This document shows positions 39,663 to 51,500 of a DNA stretch of 64,000 nucleotides, piece after piece (the first letter of the stretch is position 1; the number at the start of each line of letters is the position of its first letter). The position numbers were made by a program, and so were the translations under genes. The DNA is taken from contig OZ024749.1 in assembly GCA_964016885.1 (NCBI GenBank), forward strand, positions 17,050,001 through 17,114,000, given 5' to 3'. The notes under the pieces were generated by a model. That model searched no databases, had not been told where the DNA came from, and saw only the letters and a list, made by a program, of their open reading frames with translations. Source of the stretch: Eledone cirrhosa. Taxonomy: Eukaryota.

Positions 39663-40216
39663 TAGTGACTATCAGACATAGTGTATCTAGGACTACATTA
39701 TCTAATGTACAGTACAGTACTTAGTATTAGTGACTATCAGACAGTGTATCTAGGACTACATTATCTAATGTACAGAACAATAGTTAATATTAGTGGTTAT
39801 CAGACATAGTGTATCTAGGACTACATTACATAATGTACAGTACAGTAATCAGTATTAGAGGCTATCAGACATAGTGTATCTAGGACTACATTACCTAATG
39901 TACAGTACAGTAATCAGTATTAGAGGCTATCAGACATAGTGTATCTAGGACTACATTATCTATTGTACAGTACAGTAGTTAATATTAGTGGTTATCAGAC
40001 ATAGTGTATCTAGGACTACATTACCTAATGTACAGTAATCAGTATTAGAGGTTATCAGAAATAGTGTATCTAGGACTACATTATGTAATGTACAGTATAG
40101 TACTTAGCATTAGTGACTATCAGACATAGTGTATCTAGGACTAAATTATCTAATATACAGTATAGTAGTTAGTATTAGTGGCTATCAGACATAGTATATC
40201 TAAGACTACATTATCT
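39663..40216. repeat. 65-bp minisatellite, ~8.5 copies
   Basis: Unit TAGTGACTATCAGACATAGTGTATCTAGGACTACATTATCTAATGTACAGTACAGTACTTAGTAT; anchors at 39681, 39744, 39809, 39874, 39939, 40004, 40064, 40129 and 40194. Confidence 0.95.
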
Positions 40217-40470
40217 GAACTGCACATAGCATCCAACCCTGACAGTATGGTGTTCTGGAAATATGTACATTCAAAGCAGAGACCTCACTCTTCAGTTGGT
40301 CCTCTTCACAATCTCCACACAAGCCAGGTTACTGACGACCCAACAAATGCGCAGAATTCATTGCTGAATGCTATGGAGGCATTTTCACTGCTGAAGACCA
40401 AAATGTACCATCTCCACCACCTCTGACATCAGATTCTATTACAACTATGGAATTTAGACCTGCAAGGCTG
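40217..40470 (+). mobile_element. CR1/Jockey-type LINE ORF2 fragment
   Basis: Translation IASNPDSMVFWKYVHSKQRPHSSVGPL...VTDDP resembles the FWKYV.SK...VGPL linker between endonuclease and RT. Confidence 0.55.
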
Positions 40471-40814
40471 CAACTTCACCTTACAAAACCTCTAAGAAAA
40501 CCTCTACATAGTCTTTCTAACTGCTAGAAATAGCTGCGATATTATCCATTACAACTTAGTTTTTTTGTTTAAAATATTCGAAGTTTAGTTATGAAATCAA
40601 CAGCAAGTCCTTTGCACAGACTTCGGAATAACTCGAAGACCGTCAAAATATCATTCTCCTTCTCTCTCTCTTTAAACAAAGAATAGCTGCTTTCAACCTT
40701 AACGGGATCTTCTGAAACTCATTATTTTAATAAATAGTTGCTCTACGGCTTATATATACATATATATATATATTATCCTTATTGAGCCCTCTTCGGATTT
40801 TAGTCTTCACGTAT

Positions 40815-42345
40815 ATTATCATTACACTTTAAGTTCCATTTTACATGCTAGCATGGGACAGACAAGTTATCCTGTTGTGTGAAAACTTAGATCAAATGAC
40901 CGTGTCTGGCTCATGCAAGAAACATTTCTGGTTGGTTTCTACGGCTGGATGCCCTTCCTAAATCCAACCACATTTACAGAATGGACTTGGCATTTATTGT
41001 TGTGTTACTAACATAACCAACCTATGGAGTGGACTGGGTGCTTTTTGTTGTGTCACCATGATGGCAACCACCATCTAACAGAGCAGACTGGCTGCTCTTT
41101 GTCATGTCATCAATTTGATAACTTCTAAGGGTGGTTTGTGTGCCTTCAGTCTTACCACTAGCATGACCACTTTACAGAGTGGGCTAGGGGCCTCCTGTCA
41201 TGTCTACATCACAGGGTGAACTGGGTGCTTATTTGTCACGTCACCAGCATGACTACTTTACAGGGAGGGTTAGGTGCCCTTTTGCCATGTTACCTAACAT
41301 AGAGGACTTAGTACTCTTTTGTCATGACACCTGCGTGACCACCTTACAGAGTTGCCTGAAGGCTTTTAGCCATTTAAGCAGCATTGGAGGAGAGCATGTT
41401 AAGCTTTCCATACTTGTATACATGGGTTGGTCAAGAGAGGTGTATCAGATGTGAAAATGGGGGTGGGGTTGTGTGTATGTAGGGTGGGGATTGGAGAGGT
41501 AGGTCAGGGTAGTGTACCTAGCTGGTAAGGGTGGAGTGTTAAGATGTGGGGAGGAGGAAAATTGGTGCATACTTCAAACCACTAAATGTTGCTTCATCCT
41601 GTGTACATGGGAATACAGGTCTCCTGCACTATTGTATAACGCCAGAGATTTCAATCCTGTGTCATCACATTTGAGAGGTACAATGGTGTCAGGTCAGTTT
41701 TTACCTCCTCATCACAAGCTTTCCTAGGTCTTCCTCTTCCATCAATTTCAAGCAGTCAACCTTTTATACAACATCTCTACCTTCATACACTCACATGTCC
41801 ATACTACAGCAATCTTCACTCCTGCATACTGTATCTTATCCCTCTCATGCCCAGGTTCTCTCTCAGATTATTGACACTTTGCTCTTCATGTATATTAATA
41901 TTACACATCTATTGGAGAATTCAAGCTTCATTTCTATCCAATCTTCGGAGGTACTCTGCACACACCGCCCAGATCTCACTGCAATGCAGCATTGTTGTTC
42001 TTATGCAGACATTAATTTGATGAAACAACCTTTTGTAGCTAGCAGCAGTAGTAGCAACCTAAACCTTTGCCATCTTGTTCTTACTCTAGTTACTGTACGT
42101 TCAGAACACCTACCTCCAATGCTAATTTGGTCCCCCAGGTAACAGAAACTGTCAACAGCTTCTATGGAACCCATTAAATGTTTGATAGAGCTTGTCTCCT
42201 AAAAGCGATTGCTGCTTACTGCTCCAGCGCAGTGACCCCATGTAAAATCTACGTTCTTAGCTAACTCATCATGTATCCCACTAAATCTCTGGTGTACCCA
42301 TAGTCTATTTAGAGTAAATAAAGTTTCATACACATAACATATGTG
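40815..42345 (-). mobile_element. Old RTE LINE 3' part whose 3' UTR holds a degenerate ~48-bp repeat array (~40965-41370)
   Basis: Minus-strand RT C-terminus (FCYLGD, GRPRK) at 41660-42345, then a C-rich spacer, repeats like CCACTTTACAGAGTGGGCTAGG/GACTGGGTGCTTTTTGTTGTGTC, GGATGCCCTTCCTAA and the CATGCTAGCATGGG tail motif. Confidence 0.8.
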
Positions 42346-42574
42346 TGACCATTGGTTGTCAAGTCCACTTACGGCCACCACTGTATATTAGGGGAGGCAC
42401 TTCCAAACAGACCCTTCATTAGGCATGCTGACAAATATATTAAAAGGAAGTTCTTTCCTCCAACAATTTTCACCTGAAACAGAGGAGAGTTTCATATTGT
42501 CAAAAAGGGAGATAAATCTTTAGCAGTGGAATTGTCAGGCCTAATTATATATGTAATTAGACATACATAGAAAT

Positions 42575-43201
42575 GATTGATAGCTTTTGCAATCCAGGTG
42601 ACTTAATTAGCAGTGGAGGAGGCTGCTCTGAAAGATGAATAGCTAGAATAAGGATAGGATGGAAAAGGTTTAGAGAGCTACTGCAACAGTTGACCACAAA
42701 AGGTTTCTCTCTCTGTACAAAAGGACAACTGTATGACACATGTGGGTGATGTGCAATGATGCATGGTAACGAAACAAGGGCTGTGACTGCAAAGGATATG
42801 TAGACTGGAGAGAAATGCAACAACCATGTTTTGTAGGATATGTTGTGTAAGTGTGAGAGAAAGACAGAGCTTGGACAAGTTCAAGAAGAAGCTGGGTTTA
42901 AGTGTGATCTGAAGTGGTGTGTAAGAGAGAAGACTGTGTTTGAACAGTTGTGATGCCCATGGATAATGACCGCTGGGTGATGATGTGCCAGGAAATTCCA
43001 GTAGCAGGAAGCCATAGTAGATGTAGACCAAGAAAGACCCGGACAGAGGCTGTGTGAGCTGACTTCAAATAACTGACTCTCACAGAGGACATGACAAAGG
43101 AACACGACAAGTGGAAAGGTGCCATGTTGAGAAGAACCTGTCCAACCCAAGGAAGCATGGAAAAACCGATATAAAAACAGTTATGGGGTTGATGAAGATG
43201 A
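42575..43201 (+). mobile_element. RTE LINE 3' fragment, degenerate
   Basis: GDLISSGGGCSE...ARIRIGWKRFREL motifs; ends CCAACCCAAGGAAGCATGGAAAAA...GATGAAGATGA. Confidence 0.8.
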
Positions 43202-43407
43202 CGTACATATACACACATACATACTAAATAAATCAAATACTTATATGCAAACATAGATACAAACATATACATGGACACAAATTTCTACACACATACATTC
43301 ACATATATATAATGTATGTAAATTCTGAACCATACTGTTTTGTCAGCAAACCTCTTGGTTACAACTTCTACAAATAAAATGAAAGAATAATTTCTCAGTA
43401 AAACAGT

Positions 43408-43413
43408 TTTATT
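43408..43413 (-). terminator. Candidate polyadenylation signal (AATAAA) of the zinc-finger gene
   Basis: TTTATT on the plus strand just beyond the finger-derived 3' repeats, followed on the minus strand by T/GT-rich sequence. Confidence 0.4.
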
Positions 43414-43499
43414 CAAAATATTAACACATTGGTGGCACTATTTTAGGTGAGTGACATGGTTTTTATCTTGTCTCATTGTGTTTGTGTTGCATCAAGTAA

Positions 43500-44330
43500 C
43501 CTTTACAAGAGAATTATTTATCACAGACAATAATATGGTTCCTCTCCTGTAGATGTTAGTGTCTAGTGAAGCCACAACATTTAGACAATGATTTACCACA
43601 GAATCACAAGTGATATGGTTCCTCTCCTGTATATGTTAGTATCTAGTGAAGCCATAACATTTAAACAATGATTTACCACAGACATCACAGTGATACAGTT
43701 CCTCTCCTGTATATGTTAGTGTCTAGTGAAGCCACAACATTTAGACAATGATTTATCACAGACATCACAAGTGATAGGGTTCCTCTCCTGTAGATGTTAG
43801 TATCTAGTGAAGCCACAACATTTAGAGAATGATTTATCACAGACATGACAGTGATATGGTTCCTCTCCTGTACGTGTTAGTGTCTAGTGAAGCCAAAACA
43901 TTTAGAGAATGATTTACCAGACATCACAAGTGATATGGTTCCTCTCCTGTATATGTTAGTGTCTAGTGAAGCCACAGCATTTAGTCAATGATTTACCAGA
44001 CATCAATGATATAGTTCCTCTCCTGTAGATGTTAGTGTGTAGTGAAGCCACAACATTTAGAGAATGATTTACCACAGACATCAGTGATATGGTTCCTCTC
44101 CTGTATATGTTAGTGTCTAGTGAAGCCACAACATTTAGAGAATGATTTACCACAGACATCACAGTGATATGGTTCCTCTCCTGTATATGTTAGTGTCTAG
44201 TGAAGCCACAACACTTAGAGAATGATTTAACACAGACATCACAGTGATATAGTTCCTCTCCTGTATATGTTATTGTCTAGTGAAGCCACAATATTTAGAG
44301 AATGATTTACCAAATATATCAAAGTGATAT
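43500..44330 (-). repeat. ~80-bp minisatellite derived from a C2H2 zinc-finger unit, ~10 copies
   Basis: Anchor CCTCTCCTGT at 43541, 43621, 43701, 43782, 43862, 43941, 44017, 44095, 44175 and 44255. The unit translates CDVCGKSFSKCCGFTRH* followed by a frameshifted TGEEPYH. Confidence 0.92.
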
Positions 44331-44420
44331 GGCTTCCCAGCTGTATGTATATGTTTGTGTGTAGTTAATGTAACATTCAAAGAGAATGATTTCCCTCACA
44401 TGTCACAATGATATGTATTT
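44320..44420 (-). pseudogene. Decayed C2H2 finger downstream of the ZNF stop codon
   Basis: Minus strand reads YHCDM*GKSFSLNVTLTTHKHIHTAGKPYHFDIFGKSFS. Confidence 0.8.
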
Positions 44421-44422
44421 GT

Positions 44423-44761
44423 AGTCCACGCTGTAAATGTGGCCGTGTAGGCAACACGGTAAAAACCTCCCAGCCCCACACTGTAAATGTGGTTGGTGTT
44501 AGGAAGGGCATCCAGCTGTAGAAAACCCGCCAGACAGTCCACGCTGTAATGTGGCCGTGTAGGCAACACGGTAAAAACCTCCCAGCCCCACACTGTATAT
44601 GTGGTTGGTGTTAGGAAGGGCATCCAACTGTAGAAAACCCGCCAGACAGTCCTATGCGAGCAAGACAACCACTCTTGCCTCAAGCGGGAAAACCCCCGTC
44701 CAAACCCATGCAAGCGTGGAACACGGACGCTAAACCTGATGATGATGATGATGATGATGAT
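44423..44761 (+). mobile_element. RTE 3'-end element with 2 x 112-bp repeats and a (GAT)n tail, inserted antisense just downstream of the ZNF stop
   Basis: Nearly identical to 35211-35638; units at 44445 and 44557. Confidence 0.87.
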
Positions 44762-44812
44762 TCTCATTAATTAAAATATTTGAGGGAAGGATTTATCACT
44801 GATGTCAATGCG

Positions 44813-46507
44813 TTATGATTTCTCTTCTGTATGTATAATTTTGTGAGTAGTTAGGCTACTTTTCCCAGAGTATGATATACCACAGATATCACAGTGATAT
44901 GGCTTGTCTCCTGTATGTATACGTTTGTGTCTAGTTAAGCTACTACTTCCAGAGAATGATTTACCACAGATATCACAGTGATATGATTTCTCTCCTGTAT
45001 GTATAGGCTTGTGGCTAGTTAAGTTGGTACTAACAGAGAATGATTTACCACAGATGTCACAGTGGTATGGCTTGTCTCCTGTATGGGTACGATTGTGGTT
45101 AGTTAAGGTACTACTTTGAGAGAATGATTTACCACAGATATCACAGTGATATGGCTTGTCACCTGTATGTATACGTTTGTGCCTAGTTAAGGTACTACTT
45201 TGAGAGAATGATTTACCACAGATATCACAGTGGTATGGCTTGTCTCCTGTATGTATACGTTTGTGATCAATTAAGGGACTACTATTGGAGAATGATATAC
45301 CACAGATATCACAGTGGTATGGCTTGTCTCCTGTATGTATACGTTTGTGTCTAGTTAAGGGACTACTATCGAAGAATGATATACCACAGATATCACAGTG
45401 GTATGGCTTGTCTCCCGTATGTATACGTTTGTGTCTAGTTAAGTCACTACTTTGAGAGAATGATTTACCACAGATATCACAGTGATGTTGCTTTTCTTCA
45501 GTATGTATATTTTTGTGAGCATTCAAATTACTACTTCGAGAGAATGATTTACCACAGATTTCACAATGATATGGCTTATCTCCTGTATGTATACGTTTGT
45601 GGCTACTTAAGCTGCTACTTACAGAGAATGAAATACCACAGATATCACAGCGATATGGCTTGTCTCCTGTATGTATACGTTTGTGTCTAGTTAAGGGACT
45701 ACTATCGGAGAATGATATACCACAGATATCACAGTGGTATGGCTTGTCTCCTGTATGTATACGTTTGTGTCTAGTTAAGTCACTACTTTGAGAGAATGAT
45801 TTACCACAGATATCACAGTGATGTTGCTTTTCTTCAGTATGTATATTTTTGTGAGCATTCAAATTACTACTTCGAGAGAATGATTTACCACAGATTTCAC
45901 AATGATATGGCTTATCTCCTGTATGTATACGTTTGTGGCTACTTAAGCTGCTACTTACAGAGAATGAAATACCACAGATATCACAGCGATATGGCTTGTC
46001 TCCTGTATGTATACGTTTGTGTCTAGTTAAGGGACTACTATCGGAGAATGATATACCACAGATATCACAGTGGTATGGCTTGTCTCCTGTATGTATACGT
46101 TTGTGTCTAGTTAAGTCACTACTTTGAGAGAATGATTTACCACAGATATCACAGTGATGTTGCTTTTCTTCAGTATGTATATTTTTGTGAGCAGTCAAAT
46201 TACTACTTCGAGAGAATGATTTACCACAGATTTCACAATGATATGGCTTATCTCCTGTATGTATAGGCTTGTGGTTACTTAAGCTGCTACTTACAGAGAA
46301 TGATATACCACAGATATCACAGCGATATGGCTTGTCTCCTGTATGGGTACGTATGTGCTTAATTAAGGTACTACTTAAAGAGAATGATTTGCCACAGATA
46401 TCACAGTGATATGGCTTCTCTTCTCTAGCCTTTGTCATCTCACCAGTAATACTAAACATTTTCGATTGTGTTTCACATTTAATCTTTTCACTCAATTTAT
46501 TTTCCAT
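44813..46507 (-). CDS. Tandem C2H2 zinc-finger protein, 564 aa, 19 fingers, no recognisable effector domain
   Basis: Intact ORF: 32-aa leader plus 19 x 28-aa [11 protein letters not shown]....[10 protein letters not shown] units with all C2H2 ligands intact. Candidate splice acceptors lie upstream at 46598-46599 (TATCTTCAG) and 46832-46833 (TTCTTATTTCAG). Confidence 0.95.
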   Translation of the reverse strand: MENKLSEKIKCETQSKMFSITGEMTKAREEKPYHCDICGKSFSLSSTLIKHIRTHTGDKPYRCDICGISFSVSSSLSNHKPIHTGDKPYHCEICGKSFSRSSNLTAHKNIHTEEKQHHCDICGKSFSQSSDLTRHKRIHTGDKPYHCDICGISFSDSSPLTRHKRIHTGDKPYRCDICGISFSVSSSLSSHKRIHTGDKPYHCEICGKSFSRSSNLNAHKNIHTEEKQHHCDICGKSFSQSSDLTRHKRIHTGDKPYHCDICGISFSDSSPLTRHKRIHTGDKPYRCDICGISFSVSSSLSSHKRIHTGDKPYHCEICGKSFSRSSNLNAHKNIHTEEKQHHCDICGKSFSQSSDLTRHKRIHTGDKPYHCDICGISFFDSSPLTRHKRIHTGDKPYHCDICGISFSNSSPLIDHKRIHTGDKPYHCDICGKSFSQSSTLTRHKRIHTGDKPYHCDICGKSFSQSSTLTNHNRTHTGDKPYHCDICGKSFSVSTNLTSHKPIHTGEKSYHCDICGKSFSGSSSLTRHKRIHTGDKPYHCDICGISYSGKSSLTTHKIIHTEEKS

Positions 46508-47100
46508 AATGATTTCTTCTTCAATAATATTTTTTATATTATATTCCTAAAAAAATATATCTTCTATATTTCCCTCAACTGTAATTTCAGTTAATATCTG
46601 AAGATAATACAAAGTTAGGTTTGATCTAAGTTTAGTTAAAATACAAAATCATCACATAGTGAAGAAATAAACTCAGTTTTGAGGAAATATTTCACAGTAA
46701 TACGACAAGAGATTTATATAAACAGTGTTATATAAGTTCTGCTTAGAATGTTTTAATCTTAAAATGATGATAAATAGAGGTGATGTATCCAAGATTGAAA
46801 ATAATAATTTATCCCAATGTCATCTGATATTCTGAAATAAGAAAGAAACAGTATGAGATAATAGAGAATACTTTAGAAGCAGAGATAGATTTAACAGTGG
46901 AAATGTTATATTTCTATATTGGTAAACTGTAGATATCGACTTTCCTGTCCAGAGCAATTCTCTCCAATGTAAGTAGTGGTATTCCAGCATGCTCTATAAA
47001 TTATATCCTTCTATCACTTCAGAGGTCTGCTCTATGGCAGTTTAGCAAAAAATTCATTCTTATAGGACTTATAAGACAGAAACAGTATGAGATAATAAAC

Positions 47101-47286
47101 CAGTCCATCACTGTAAACATGGTTAATGTCAGGAAGGGAATCCAGCTGCAAAATACCCGACCAAATTTACAGACCTCGCTTGAGCAAGATGTGACACATG
47201 GCCAACCCTGGCCAGACTTGCCTCCTGGCGTGGATGACCCATCTAACCCATGCACGAATGGAAAAATGGACGTTAAATAGTGATGA
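47101..47286 (+). mobile_element. RTE 3'-end fragment
   Basis: CAGGAAGGGAATCCAGC...AACCCATGCACGAATGGAAAAATGGACGTTAAA...GATGA. Confidence 0.75.
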
Positions 47287-47304
47287 CACAGACATATATA
47301 TATA

Positions 47305-47565
47305 TCCCACCCACACTGGTCATGTAAAAGACACAGCAAAAAGCACCCAGCCCACACTGTAAAGTGGACATATAGGTGTCTTGGGAAATGCACCCAGTCC
47401 ACACTGTCAATGTGGTTGGCATTAGGAAGGGCATCCTGCCGTAGAAAGCTAGCCAGAAACACCCCCCTATGATTGAGACACAGTCACCTGACACAACTTG
47501 CCTCTAAATGGGACCTGTTTAACCCATGCTAGCGTGGAAGATGGACGTTAATTGATGATGATGAT
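47305..47565 (+). mobile_element. RTE 3'-end fragment carrying ~2 monomers of the 48-bp satellite
   Basis: The reverse complement of 47321-47371 matches the satellite consensus at 47/51. It is followed by a second diverged monomer, TTAGGAAGGGCATCC and a (GAT)n tail. Confidence 0.88.
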
Positions 47566-47770
47566 ATATAATAAAATGTTGCAGTTTGCTTGAAGCATTA
47601 TATATAAAATATAACGTTGAAAGAGATAGAAGGCTAAACAATGCAAAATGGACTGTAAGATGAGGTAAGGAATAGTAAAAGTTAACTGGTAATCTTTGTT
47701 TTGTTTTTTATTGCTGTTCTTTTATTTGTACAATATTGCGTGACCTAAAAGTCCCCTCTTCAGGGTTTAA

Positions 47771-47987
47771 CCGTTTAGCATTTACATTACTCTATATATA
47801 CTATTATATTTCCATGATAAAGTCTTTACCTCACATATGTCACATAATATCGAATCTATGAGATTTTGATATTATTTATATTGAAAACAATACCTTAACA
47901 TCAGTATGAGTGGCCAATTATGGCTGGTTTAAAATGAAAAAGGGGACAAAATCCTGGCCAGTTATGGCCAATTTAAATATTAAAGGG
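47771..47987. mobile_element. piggyBac-type MITE
   Basis: TTAA|CCGTTTAGCATTTA...TAAATATTAAAGGG|TTAA: imperfect TIRs and a TTAA target duplication. Confidence 0.6.
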
Positions 47988-48087
47988 TTAAGCAACTTTC
48001 AGTGGATAATGTTCCAATTTCCTCTTTTGGGATTAAATTTTGACTTTGATTGAAAAGTTTTCTAAGTCATTTTCAAGCATTTTATAA

Positions 48088-48240
48088 AATTGATGGAAGC
48101 TGTGAAGTAGGAAGACATAGTTTGAGGTGATAAAATTTGACCTCACACAATTGATGGAAGCTATGGAGTAGGAAGACCTAGGATGAGGTGATAGAAGCTG
48201 ACCTCACACAATTGAAGGAAGCTATGGAATAGGAAGATAA
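48088..48240 (+). repeat. 61-bp tandem repeat (~2.5 copies) derived from the RTE ORF end
   Basis: Anchors at 48091, 48152 and 48213. The unit encodes IDGSYGVGRPR, identical to the RTE peptide at ~51657-51690. Confidence 0.8.
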
Positions 48241-48559
48241 GTATGGTTGTTTGAGGAAGACCAGCAGTCACCCATGTATACCAGTCTCTCACTCCACGCC
48301 ACCAATGTTGTCCAAGGGAAAGGTAATGACTGATACAGCTTGGTACTAGCGACATCACAACATATATATACACTATATATATATATTATATATACACTGT
48401 GTAGACTATATATTATACACTATATATGATATTGTCCAAGGGAAATGTAATGACTGATACAGCTTGGCACCAGTGATTTCACAACATATATACTATATAT
48501 ATATATATATACACTATGTATAATATATATATTAACATACACTATGTACAGTATATATA

Positions 48560-51500
48560 GAATTCAAATTCTCCGTTTTTCTCTCGGATTTTCAATTAAT
48601 ATCTTACATGTTTTTAATAATATGTCTCATTCTGTTGGAGCCTTCCTAAAAACTAACCTTCTCCTAAAGTTACCCATTTCCCACCCCTCAGACACCATCA
48701 TTGCTATATGGTTCAATCATAACTCAGCGGCTTATAGTAAGTTCTCAGTAACAAATCAGTATAGCAAAGCTACCACCTCGGTTACTACTCCTTAAGTTTA
48801 GACCTGTTTGATGGGTGGACTGCCGAATTTGGAAAGTCTAAGCACTCAATGACAATGTCACAGATAAAGATAAATTCTCCTCCCGCTGCAGGATGACCAA
48901 GATAATTCCGTCTCCCACACCCCTCCCTGTCCCTCCAACCCATCCATCCCAACTTCAGAGTTGGTACCATGAACGTAGGCACATTGAAAAGTCGCTCAAA
49001 TGAGGTTGTAGAGATACTTGAACGTAAAGAAGTTGATGTTTGTTGTATTCAAGAGACAGGGTGGAGAGGTGGGTCTGCCAGATTCATCGTGGGTAAAAAA
49101 CGATGCTATAAACTTTTCTGGGTGGGAAATGACAACAGACTGGTGTAGGAATTATGTTAGCTGAAAAATGGGTAGATAAGGTAATTGACATAAATAGAGT
49201 GAATGACAGAATAATTAAAATAAGACTAGTCCTAAATAGAACTACTGTGACAATAATATCCGCAGATGCACCCCAATATGGTCTACCTGACGTTATAAAG
49301 GACAGGTTCTATGTGACGCTACCTCCCAAATAACCGACAGCGACTACTTAATTATTGCTGGCGATCTAAACGGTCATGTTGGACAACATGGTGATATAGC
49401 TATGATGGAATCCATGGAGGCTATGGGGTTGGAAATAGAAATGAGGAGGGCTTCAGAATCCTGGAATTCTGTGACACTAATAACCTAACTATTTGTAACA
49501 CAAACTTAAAAAAACGAGACAATCACTTGATCACCTATAGATCAGGGGAACACGCCAGTCAGATAGATTATATCCTTACTAGAAGACGTGACAAAGTGTC
49601 TGTTGTAAACACTAAATCCCTCCCCCATGAAGAATGCACCTCCCAACATAGCCTAGTAGTTAGTGACCTCATAGTCAGGAATAGACGTACTCGACGACAG
49701 AGGAGGCCTACCTTGAGGAAAAGAATATGGAAGTTAAAGGACCCCATAGCCAGTGACAAATTTAAAAGCTTATTACTTGATGCCTTTGACAATAAGGAAG
49801 AGCAATTAGAGACGTGCGATATAAAGGAACAGTGGCAATGCTTGAAAGTGAACCTGCTGAAAGCAACGGATGAAATCTGTAGCTAGAGCAGACCTATTGG
49901 CAGGAGAGTAACTTGGTGGTGGAACAGTAAGGTGGAGGAGACAATCAAGGCCAAAAAGCAGGCTTGAGGAAGTAGAGAGAACTATCAAGTAGCCAGGAGA
50001 GAAGCTAGGAGCCAAATGTACCTTGCAAAAAGGGAAGCAGAGGATAGAAAGTTCAAGTATGTTCTACAACGTGAGGACCCAAAACGTGAGGTGTTCAGGA
50101 TTGTTAGGCAATGTGTCAAGGAAAACCATGATATTGTCGGGGAGAAGTGTGTCCATAATGATAACTGTGTACTTACCCTCACTGATACTGATAAGAAGGT
50201 AGCTTGGAAGTGTCACTAAGAGAGATGATTAAATGAGAATAAATGGGAAAAAGATAGTCTGCCCCAAATCGATCCATTAGAAGGACCAGTGGTGCAGGTT
50301 AAAGGTACTATTATAAGGCAATCAAAGATATGAAGACAGGCAAGGCAGCTGGGCCTTCAGAGATAGTTGCTGAGATGTTGAAGGCATCTGGAATGGTGGG
50401 ACATACTATGGTCACCCGTATAGTTAACCAAGTAATAATGAATGGGGTCATATCAAAATACTGGCGTAGCAGTATCATCATTAACTGCTACAAGGGTAAA
50501 GGAGATGCTCTAAATAGGGGAAACTATAGAGGCATTAAGTTAGTTGACCAGGTCCTGAAGGTCACAGAGAGCGACTTGATCTAGATGAAATGCAGTTTGG
50601 GTTTGTGTCAGGTAAAAGTACCACAGACGCTCTTTTCCTTGTATGACAACTACAGGAGAAGTACCTAGCTAAAAGTAAACCCCTCTACTTAGCTTTTGTA
50701 GACTTGGAGAAAGCCTTTGACAGAGTCCCCCGCTCCATTATCTGATGGGTTCTTAGAAAACTAGGTGTAGATGAATGGCTTATGAGAGCTATACAAGCTA
50801 TGTATAAAGAAACAGTCAGTAAGGTTAGAATTAACAATAATATTGTGAAGAATTTATTGTAAAAGTTGGTGTTCATCAAGGCTGTCTTTATCCCCCTCCT
50901 ATTTATTATTGCCCTTCAAACTATAACAGAGGAGTTCAAGACTGGCTGCCCATGGAAACTCCTACACGCAGATGATCTAACTCTCATAGCTGAATCTATG
51001 GCTGAACTAGAGAAGAAAAAACATGGAAGCATGGCCTAGAATCAAAAGGCCTTAAAGTTAACTTGTCTAAGACTAAAGTTCTAGTTTGTAGAAAGGAAAA
51101 TAGGGCACAGGTGCCCTCAGGGAAATGGTAAACTATCTAAGAACGTAGATTTTATATGTGGGCAATGCTCAGGTGCTATAAGTAGCAAGTGTCCACAGGA
51201 TACTAGCTACTTCTATTGCCCAGATGGTTCTATAGAAATAGTAGACACTTTCCATTACCTGGGTGACAAAATCAGCAGTGGTGGAGGGTGTTCTGAAAGT
51301 ATAGTAGCCAGAGTCGGAAAGGATGGAAAAAGTTCAGAGAGCTTTTGGCCACTATTGGCCGCTAAAGGTTTCTCTCTAAAAATGAAAGGCAGATTGTATG
51401 ATGCCTGTATACGAACAGCAATGTTACATGGCAGTGAGACATGGGCATTACATGCAGACTGGAAAGGAACGAAGCATGCATACTCCGTTGGATGTGTAAT

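Noticed and set aside
45460-46594. Plus-strand ORFs antisense to the zinc-finger gene
   Set aside because: They are shadow ORFs of the 84-bp finger repeat.
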